64,000 bases of DNA, from positions 469,502-533,501 of the forward strand of contig NMRA01000025.1 in NCBI GenBank assembly GCA_002633005.1, in the 5' to 3' direction. The position numbers were made by a program, and so were the translations under genes. Below are positions 54,981 through 64,000 of the stretch, piece after piece. Source of the DNA: Phoronis australis. Lineage: Eukaryota > Animalia > Phoronida. The notes beneath the pieces were generated by a model that was not told the DNA's origin, made no database searches, and worked only from the letters and a program-made list of their open reading frames with translations. How positions within the stretch are numbered: position 1 is the stretch's first letter; the number at the start of each line of letters is the position of its first letter.

Positions 54981-56949
54981 TTCGTATCCTTTCTGGCTAC
55001 TTCATAAGAAACGACTAAAACTACCTACACCTGAACGTGCATCTCAAATCTCGTGCATGACTCGGTGGATTATTAATACAATCATGTGTCTTAGATGTCT
55101 ATGGTCTTGACCATAGACATCTTAATACTATGGTCTTGATGTATTCAAATTAAATGTGCAATCACTCAGGTTTGATCACTCTGAAAAGTCAAAGCGGATA
55201 AAGTTCCAAGACGCCAATTTTCTACTAAGCGTATTTACAGTACATGTAGGTGGATTAGAAGGCAGACATCCACTAATATAGTTACAAAAACATAACGGAG
55301 CTAATTTTTTTATAACTCTGGGGATGAAAGCTCAAAACTTATAGAAATTTGTCTGTCCAACATTAATCTCACTGAAAATGCGTTTTTGGTCGTAAAACCG
55401 ATTATGTCCAATTAAAACATAAACAATAGCCATAATCACGATGGGGTGTAAGACCTTTCATAAAAAGGCTACACATCTTTCCCCTAAACGCTGTTCTTGT
55501 ATCTGGCACGCATTTCGCACTTTTGAACGCAAATGCGTACTGCCCAAGTGCAGTGATTCTCATTTGATGATCATGGACCTGTTTCATGAAAAGTGACTCA
55601 AGACTTAGACAGAAATTATGTGTTATGGTGCCACTTCAATATTAGGTCTTATGATGCCACTTTAAAATCGTCAAATAAAGGTTTAGTCCTTAACTCATCA
55701 ATGCCTGGAATAGTAAGTAACATTTGTTGGTGTATCTGGGTACATTATTCTTTTCTAAAGAGAGTTTTTAGTTATTTTCAGAAATAGCTATGCGCGGCGT
55801 CACCAAATTTCTCTTTTAAGTCTTTTAAGTGACTTTTACGAAACAGATCCCATGCCTGTTAAAATTCAATGTTCAAACAAGAAACAAGAATGTCGCAAAA
55901 GTGAAGTCGAGTTATTTGTTTTGAAGTTATAAAACGCAAAGTTTCTTTTTCGTGGAATCTCAGTAAGATTCACCTCGCCTCTCGGGACCTGAAACTCGGA
56001 GGTCTCTGGGCAGTAAGCGAATGCAAGTTAGTGTTTTTTTCTACCGTAGCTGAGTCTAGTTTTCCCCTTTTAGTTTATCATCACAAAATTTTCCAAATGC
56101 ACGTTCGCACAAGACAATATTATAAAAATCAATGAAAACCAGTTTTATTTAACGGACCATTAGCGGGGTATCATAACTGAGAAATATGCAACTAATTGTT
56201 TTCTTTTGAAACAAGGTAAATTCCGTCATTCAGGAATTTGTTCAGGATGAAAAACACTCTATTGATATTAATACTGAAAATGAAATACAAATTTAAAAGG
56301 CATTCCTAATATTTTATGTTAAAGAGGTGATCAATCGAAATTCATTTAGTGGTACTAACAAAGTAGCAGCGGTGATCGGTAAAGAATCGAGAGCATTTTG
56401 ATTGGATGGTGAAGTTTAATCTGAGGAAGGACCCAGCTTTGCTCAAAGGAGTAACCTAGCTTGCTCCCAACAGTAAGCTAAAATGTTTTCTTGACATTGG
56501 TCAAGAAAGGACCGTTTGCAGCAGCAAGTTCGGGTGCTTGCCCATGAAAGTACGTGTATGACCGCCATCTGATGGGCTTCCCGTCTACCCGTGTTTGTCA
56601 GCTACCAAGCTTCAACAATGGGGCAAGACTGGTCGTATTATTCCGAACAATGGGGGTAGCTACTCCATTCAGTGACCTATTAGATCGGATATTCATGCAG
56701 TGTGTTTTGTATGGTGGTTTTTGACCAAACGAGTTGCGTGCAGTGGTTCAATTCTGTAGTTTTATGTAGCGGGTGTGCTGTGTCTTTTCTAGTATTTGCT
56801 GATCGCAGCACCCTTTGAAGACAATGAAAGCGGCAGGTAAGCAAGATGTCAGGAGATCGAGCTTTGAACTGTGATTAATGGTCATGTTTAACCAACAAAC
56901 CCGTCTGAGGTCACTGGCTGCATGGCCGCGCCTTGAGCATAACAGCTTT

Positions 56950-57845
56950 GTGGTTTGAACCGATCGTACAGTAATGTAGCAAATTTAAAGTAGACTTGAA
57001 CACGTCAGTGACGGGACATGCGTTTCCCAGGATTGTCAATCAATCGTGAACGGGCATACATTTGGGGCAAAAATCGTTATGCAGTACTTGACACTTAAAG
57101 CGGAACTGGTTTAAAACGAAACCGATTGTAGTCGCTCAAGCAAAATAGGTTGATTAGTCTATTTAGAAACCTATGTAATGAGTGCGTAACGCTGGATAGA
57201 CACATGTGTCCGACTCCGTTCCATAAACCTTTGATTGCCTTGACTAGATCAACTATAGTTGTATCAGCCAGCTATTCAGTTGCAATGTTTATTCAAGTCG
57301 TTTTTAATTGTATAAGGAAATTACTGGACCGGATTCAGTGTAGGCCTAAGTGCTCCCTGCTCCCGGATTCCATCCAAGAAAGATAGTTTTTCGTGCGAGG
57401 GAAAGGCAAGTCATGTGTGATTTCGTAAAGTACACATGTACGTGTCTTCACTAGCAATGCATCATCTATCATTACACGGGTGTTCTCACCAAAAGCCACT
57501 AGAGGACACTCTTGGTAAGCCAGCGTCCGCTCCGTAGACGCAAGACACTCGCAAGAACTATCTGGCAATGAAGGGTAACAGTTAAAGAAATCGACAAAAT
57601 GCAAGTACGTGTACATTACGGGAACGCAATAGGAGGAAACAAGAATACCTCAACTGAAATGACAAAAGCAGTGTGGGCGGTGCTTTTTTCATAAATTACC
57701 TTCTGATGAAAAGCAGGAAGGAAAGTTGGAGTCCATACCTGAAAGCAAGAAAGAAAGGAGCAGGATACTTTCACATGCTTGGACGCTATTTGCCGCCCGC
57801 TGCCGTGACCTCAATTCAACCTGTGTGAAAGGACCTCGTCAATTA
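56950..57845 (+). pseudogene. Decayed DDE transposase fragment (Kolobok-Hydra / Mutator-like type)
   Basis: Broken frames read VSDGT, EIDKMQ..HYGNAI..N...EMTKAVWAVLF, ESWSPYLKA and LP....IQPV*KDL, in the order expected for this family. Confidence 0.7.
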
Positions 57846-57862
57846 ACACTCAACTGTTATAT

Positions 57863-58216
57863 ACAGTGGCAGATCTAGGATGCCATAAGGGGGGTCGGGC
57901 CCAACATGTTGCCTTGGAGAATTGGGCAAAGCGTGATTCAGGCGCCCTGAAAGTTTCGGGGGCCGGCGATGTGACCTAGTGTTCCAAAAATCTATCGGAG
58001 GACTAAAAAAAACAAAAGAAAACGGAACGTCAACTCGATTCCGCCGCGCGCTCCTGACCGCCCCCCCGGCCTCCCCTCCCTCCTCGTCCGCTGCCATTCC
58101 TAGTTGGTGAACTTTATGTTTCCTCACGTTTCACGCTGTTGCTCTTTGATTTTGCTTGCATCAGCCAAGGAGGGAGGGCCCGGGCCACCTGCCCCCCCCC
58201 CCTGAATCCGCATATG
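57863..58216. mobile_element. Short non-autonomous element with CAGTGGC.GATC / G-run and C-run termini; relatives at ~59854-60015 and ~63680-63755
   Basis: cagtggcagatctagg..gggggg at the left end and ccccccccctgaatccgcatatg at the right end. Confidence 0.55.
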
Positions 58217-58619
58217 ATATAATGCTGGGCCGGACACAAACAAAACAAAACGATCGAATCTCAATTGCCAGTTTAAACGATGGTGTCAGTTAGTTTCGTG
58301 TTGGTGCTGGAGAGAATGATGGGAGTGGAGCCGGAGACTGGTCTTTTTAGGGTTGCAAATGCACAATGACAAGCTTTCTTGGCCTCAAAGGAGCTTCGCA
58401 GAGCTAGGATGCAAAGCTAAACTTGGACTAGAAGAGCACCAAAAAACAGGAGCAGAAAGACCAGCCTTCCGTACAGGGGCTTTCTGACATAATTACTTTA
58501 ATACAAGTGATCAGATTCTGCGTGCCGAGAGTTACATCATATTTTCCACAAATATGGATGGATTTTCTAGAAATTTTGAACACAGCTTGTATGATGCACT
58601 TTCTATGGTATGTAGCAGG

Positions 58620-58695
58620 CATTTTAGCCCCTTGTGAGTAGGGACATTTAGCCCCTTGTGAGTAGGGACATTTAGCCCCTTGAGAGTAGGGACAA
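58620..58695. repeat. 24-bp tandem repeat, 3 copies
   Basis: tttagccccttgtgagtagggaca repeated three times. Confidence 0.95.
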
Positions 58696-58937
58696 TTTTA
58701 TTGTGATGAGCGCATCTCACTTGAAGGATTTTGTCACGCCATTTTGGTTGGAGCAGTGATGAAAAGCAGGCATCCCAGCGGATCATCTGAAGTTCATACT
58801 AAAGACTGAATTAATTTCAGAACTGCATTTAAATAATTGTTATTGATCATTTTCCCATTTATTTAAAACAAAATTTCTATCAGAGTTTACTTTATTATTT
58901 GAATCCAAGACTTCCAGGGGGACTGCTCTAACTGCAC

Positions 58938-58938
<1 letters not shown>

Positions 58939-58981
<43 letters not shown>
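58939..58981. repeat. (GTATAT)n microsatellite
   Basis: Seven tandem hexamers. Confidence 0.97.
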
Positions 58982-59022
58982 CCTACGTTAATCTGCATTG
59001 TATAAATGAAAGTTTTTTGCAG

Positions 59023-59170
59023 CTGTCGCTGTCCTTGCTCTTGTGAGTCTCGTGAGCTTCTCCGTGGGAAAAGATACAATCAAGTGCTATAGTTCAGACC
59101 CTGACACAGGGAAACAAAAAAGGGTATACACCATCGCTCATGGCTTCGACTGGGGCGCGTACGAATACCT
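59023..59170 (+). CDS. Secreted solute-binding-protein-like gene, exon A (signal peptide + start of domain)
   Basis: ttttttgcag| xVAVLALVSLVSFSVGKDTIKCYSSDPDTGKQKRVYTIAHGFDWGAYEY-L |gtaagt; enters in phase 1, exits in phase 2. Confidence 0.8.
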
Positions 59171-61210
59171 GTAAGTTAGATCATTTCTCGCCAGGAAGCA
59201 CGTCGCAACATACTCGGGGCATTCACACGGGGCCTGCGTAGAGTTGCACTGTGTCTCGTACCGAGAACGACAAAATTACTACTTGTACTCAGATGAAAAA
59301 ATGTTGCAACGTACAGGATCGGCGTAGTATCTGCGTAGGTTATATGCTGTCGTTTTCAGTTGGAGACTGTCGTAAGGTAGCGTATTATTGCGTAGGCAAG
59401 ACTTACGGTAACGTCACGTGGTGTTGCGTAGTTTTCCGTAGACTTGATTTATTTAAACTTGACACTTTCTTCGTCCAGTGCTCGATCGACGAGTTTGTCC
59501 GTGAGGTGGGAACTATCATTCGTGGGCAGCTATTAATCTGCAGGGAGAGGTTTTAAGTTGTTATGTGCACGAGCGTTAAGGAGTGCGGAAGGGGAATATA
59601 CGTGGCACACTAGAACGTGATCACACTAACGTACTTTACTGGTGAAACTCTAGTGTCTACTGAACGCATGTAACCTTGCTGTTTTCGTCGGTCCAGTGCC
59701 TTAAGGTTCAATTAAGTAGGCTTGGCGTACAGTAGCGTGGTGTTGGGTAGATTTGCATAGACTTTGTAAACTGGGAACTTTTTGCGTCCATTATTCTTTG
59801 CCGAAAGAACGCGACTTCTATCTCGCGCACCCAGTGTAACCTAGCGTAGACACCAGTGTCTGATTTAGAGGGGGCCAAGGGGTCTATGCCCCCCCTAAAA
59901 TTCTCCCAGATTCCATTGGACAGTTAGGGGATGCGAATTTCTGGCTGGCAAAATCCTGGCTGATACTATGCTCTGNNNNNNNNNCCCCCAACTCAAAATC
60001 CTAGATCCACCCCAGGTCACAGCATGGGACACCGTAAGCTCGGTCAAAATTTCCACATGTGTGTGCATCTATATTCTGATATCGAAACTTACCGTTCTCC
60101 CGGGTGCACAAAGTCTGAGGACCTGATGCTGATCGAATTCCTTATAGGAAGAAGTCAACCTTTCGTTTACTAACGGTAAGACCTCGCTAAAAACAAAGAT
60201 TACGTGAGACATTGCCGTGTATTTTAAAATAGAACACATGACTTTGACTAGATGTTAGCTAGGTAGGTCCTCAGTGTTACTGAACGCACGCCAGGTTAAA
60301 CATCAACGTCTGTTGCAAAATAAAGCGTTTTTTACCACGAAATGCTTTTTCCGTTAAACACTGAACTTAGCCCAGTTACCGCTATAAAATTGGTCTCAAT
60401 TAGCTCCTAACTTAGACGAAAAGTGATTGCTGGTCTTGCGCAGAGCTGACTGCACCAGACCATACTCCGCGAGTGAATAAAATGACACGCCATGACAAAT
60501 CAACTCTTACAGTTTGTTCTCATCCAGTGACGAAGTGCCTGCTTTTCCCTGGAAAAATCACATCTATTTCGAATAAAGAACAATTTGAGACCAACTCGTC
60601 GCGTTAAGTGGTTTAGAAGCTGGATTTGTGTGGGAAGGCGATATTATTTCTCAAAATGTTGATTAGAACTGAATATGGCTTCCCTCACTTCTTCCCTATC
60701 AACAGTTTATGTGTCGTTGACAACGAAAAATACTCATATATTTCAGGTTATTTATCTCTCTGTATATACTTTAGAAACAATTCGTAACATCGTTTTTGGC
60801 GAACAATACATAGAAAACAATGCCTGTGTATGAGAGATTCATGTGAATCTGGGAACACATTCCTGAGATCTTATGTTATTTTTAAAACTGTGTAGGACTT
60901 ATAAAATGATCAAAATGGGCTTAAATTCCGGAATATCGTATCTCAGAAATAGCTCATGCTTCCGTACCGCTCGCCATAATTCTGTTAGAAATAATTGTTT
61001 TGCATCAGAGGCTATTATAATATAGGACTGGCTGGTATAAAGTTGAAAATCGAGCTCTTCGACATTCTACTTTCAGAAAATGCATAATCTAGCGTTGCTA
61101 ATTTCCATAGTTTTGTGGATATTTGGTTAAATTCACAGATTTTGGATAGGTCTTACATAACAAACGAACTTGCCCGATGAGGAAAACGTTTGCTCCTTTG
61201 CTCATTACAG

Positions 61211-61260
61211 GGACTCAGGCGGCTTCGTGCGAGGACTGATGTTAGATTTGATAATTGAAG
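61211..61260 (+). CDS. Solute-binding-protein-like gene, exon B
   Basis: cattacag| DSGGFVRGLMLDLIIE-V |gttcgt; enters in phase 2, exits in phase 1, compatible with both neighbours. Confidence 0.8.
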
Positions 61261-61751
61261 GTTCGTATTACCAGTTTGAGTATCACTTGGTAAAGTGAAC
61301 AGTTTGGCTTTTGTCAGACATTCCAAACGTAACGCTGCAACGCCGTAACTGAGAAGTCCTTCCCATCTTCTAAGTATTCGTAATTTGGCAGTACAGTTTC
61401 AAGATTTTATGCTTTCATATTAACAATAATCAACATTTTTTCCCAAGATGAATTTTAACACCATGTAGTTATGCACGGGGACCCTGTGCCTGCATGACGG
61501 ATGACCAGCCAACGGTTATGTGCCGCTTGATCATAGTATGATTTGTTATCAGGGAGCCAACTGTACCCTTCGCTAGTTCTTCTCTTCTTCAATACAACTG
61601 CAGTATTACAGAGCCCATTTTTCCAGAGACAAAATCTACGTATAGAGTAAAGGAAAGATATTTAAATCTTCCACTCTCCCTACCGCAAACTAAGACTAAT
61701 CATCCGGGATAGTGCTATTGTTGTGTTTAACTGCGCTCTTATGTTTGCCAG

Positions 61752-62012
61752 TGTGCGCTGCAGCCGGCATCGATTGTCTGTCTGTGTGGGAGCCTTATAC
61801 AAACTGCGTGCAGTCGTTGGCGGGCCAGCATATGCGTGGTGGAGAGGGCCTCATGAAGGGTTGGTACGACGGTTGTATTGGCTGGGCAGTGTCTGTCTCA
61901 AGAACTGCTTTCTTCAAATTCTCTGAGAGCTTCTTAAAGGCCAGTCGCGCGTCATTTTACGTAAAGGCCGACACGACGATTGATGTAAACAACTTCAACA
62001 AATACAGAATCG
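61752..62012 (+). CDS. Solute-binding-protein-like gene, exon C
   Basis: tttgccag| CAAAGIDC...GLMKGWYDGCIGWAVSVSRTAFFKFSESF...FYVK...RI-G |gtgagt; phase 1 to phase 1. Confidence 0.85.
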
Positions 62013-62341
62013 GTGAGTTAACTTCAAGGTCATTGTTCGCATTTATTTAGAAAAGTTCAAAAACGACTCGACATTTCCATTTAGTCGCAAAGCCATTGTC
62101 AATGCGACTTTTCCTTACAATAAATATGTGCTCCGTTTTTTTTGCTGAGACATTTCTTGTGAAAATAAATATGACCGAAAGATATGACCATTTCTTGGTT
62201 GATTTTTTATGAACATACACTGAAGTGCATCACATCAATCGTATTTGTGCTGACCATTCTATTGTGAGGTTTTAACAAAAAATAACAGCAAAATTTAATT
62301 TGTAAGATCGAATGCTGTTAAAGTCTCTCTTCCTGTTTTAG

Positions 62342-62469
62342 GGTTCATGGATGGTTGGGTTGATGATGAAAAATGCCTCGCGCGCCTGACAGACAAAGTT
62401 CTACCCGCCAATCAAATATTTTACTACAAGAATTCGGTGGAACTGAAAAACGCCATACTTTCGGGCGAA
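62342..62469 (+). CDS. Solute-binding-protein-like gene, exon D
   Basis: ctgttttag| FMDGWVDDEKCLARLTDKVLPANQIFYYKNSVELKNAILSGE |gtaagt; enters in phase 1, exits in phase 0. Confidence 0.85.
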
Positions 62470-63169
62470 GTAAGTGCAGGGACACGTCAATCTTTCAGAT
62501 TGAAAAACCATGTGCTTTAGACGGACAGTATAGGGCTGTAGGATCGAGATACACCACAATGGACCAATTGCGATACGTGCCGCTGAGTTACGACAGTTTT
62601 TGAATCCTTGTGATTGGGTTTGAGTTGTGAAACTAGACAACATACAACTTTTCACAAAAGTGTTAAAATTTTTCAACAGACTAACACATGTACTTTGGAC
62701 TGGCAAATTAAACTTTCACAAACTTAGGCAGTCTTAGAAAATGGTTAGTAGGCCTAAATAAATTATGATGAGTGCCACGTGACGTGCATTTCTCAGTATG
62801 CAACGAAGATACGCAAATTCGCTATTTCTAGTTCTGTTTCTGAGCTCTAGTGCTCGGGGATTTTCTTTTCTCAATAATTTATACTAAACTCCACTGATGA
62901 TCGTATGTTATACATGCACACAGAGGCCATGTTACAGATGACAGGAAACGGAATGGCCCACTTGTGTCCACCAAACTTTACGCATACTTCTAAAGTTGAC
63001 CAACCGCGCGCTATTCTTTAAACATTTTTGCAATTGCACGTGATTTAATTGGTCCATCCCTAATAAAGTTTGGTGGACAATTACTTGAACTACTCGAACT
63101 TACTGTAATATATATAATTTTTCATTTAATTTCGTGCTCAAGAGTAAATGATTTTCTGTGCATACAACA

Positions 63170-63287
63170 ACGTACTCCAAGTTTACACTAAATGATCCTC
63201 CAATATTCTAGTTTACACTAAATGACCCTTCAACATTCTAGTTTACACTAAATGGCCCTCCAACATTCCAGTTTACACTAAATGACC
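63170..63287. repeat. 30-bp minisatellite running into an N-gap
   Basis: gtttacactaaatg..c..caa.attc.a, about 4 copies. Confidence 0.9.
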
Positions 63288-63867
63288 NNNNNNNNNNNNN
63301 NNNNNNNNNNNNNNNNNNNNNNNNNNNNNNNNNNNNNNNNNNNNNNNNNNNNNNNNNNNNNNNNNNNNNNNNNNNNNNNNNNNNNNNNNNNNNNNNNNNN
63401 NNNNNNNNNNNNNNNNNNNNNNNNNNNNNNNNNNNNNNNNNNNNNNNNNNNNNNNNNNNNNNNNNNNNNNNNNNNNNNNNNNNNNNNNNNNNNNNNNNNN
63501 NNNNNNNNNNNNNNNNNNNNNNNNNNNNNNNNNNNNNNNNNNNNNNNNNNNNNNNNNNNNNNNNNNNNNNNNNNNNNNNNNNNNNNNNNNNNNNNNNNNN
63601 NNNNNNNNNNNNNNNNNNNNNNNNNNNNNNNNNNNNNNNNNNNNNNNNNNNNNNNNNNNNNNNNNNNNNNNNNNNNNNNCGGGCAAAATCCTGGCTAATA
63701 CTCTACCCTGACCCTCCCCCCAAACTCAAAATCCTGGATCGCCCCCACCCCCCCGTTTATACACTACCTGTGTTTTGTGTATTAGACTTAATATGGCGAT
63801 TTCTTAGAATAGCAACGATCATTGTTGTGTGCTCGGTTTTTGATTTGATCCCTTGGCACCATTTAAG

Positions 63868-64000
63868 GTACATGCTGGTCACATTGAAGAAGGGGTTTTA
63901 GAAACGTACATCACCGGCATGGCGAACCCGCTGCTGAAGAGGGTGGGGCCTTGGCGAACATGTGTTTTGCGCGGTGACGCTCTGATGACTGCATTAGATT
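63868..64000 (+). CDS. Solute-binding-protein-like gene, exon E (open to the window edge)
   Basis: atttaag| VHAGHIEEGVLETYITGMANPLLKRVGPWRTCVLRGDALMTALD; phase 0, giving ...AILSGE-VHA (compare SBP 'L..G.vDA'). Confidence 0.7.

Noticed and set aside
61712-61751. Signal-peptide-like start MLLLCLTALLCLP of the 112-aa ORF
   Set aside because: It starts at GTG and is intronic pyrimidine-rich sequence. The exon begins at 61752 and joins upstream exons in phase.
63273-63698. Long ORFs made of X residues
   Set aside because: They are artefacts of the N-gap.

Overview
AT-rich eukaryotic genomic DNA, most likely from a marine invertebrate (inferred from spliced GT-AG genes, the gene families and the repeat landscape). 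It is a draft assembly with N-gaps, several flanked by duplicated sequence. Host genes rebuilt by hand: (1) a secreted PAN/apple + LamG/ConA-like gene (9829-19280, +) with an uncertain middle exon; (2) a two-exon Gal-3-O-sulfotransferase-family gene (54980-49625, -) whose PAPS-binding motifs are altered; (3) a gene with at least 5 exons (59023->64000, +) encoding a signal-peptide-bearing, stand-alone protein resembling bacterial family-3 periplasmic solute-binding proteins, which the ORF track misses. The rest is mostly transposon-derived: a decayed CR1/L2-type LINE, two Penelope-like elements with 5' inversions and minimal hammerhead ribozymes (one with an intact core, one a U3-A8 core variant), a TIR-bounded ISL2EU-like element with a YqaJ remnant, Kolobok-like elements, Harbinger- and hAT-like MITEs, and minisatellites. 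There is no CRISPR array, rRNA or intact tRNA. All family assignments come from motif recognition by eye, not from database searches.
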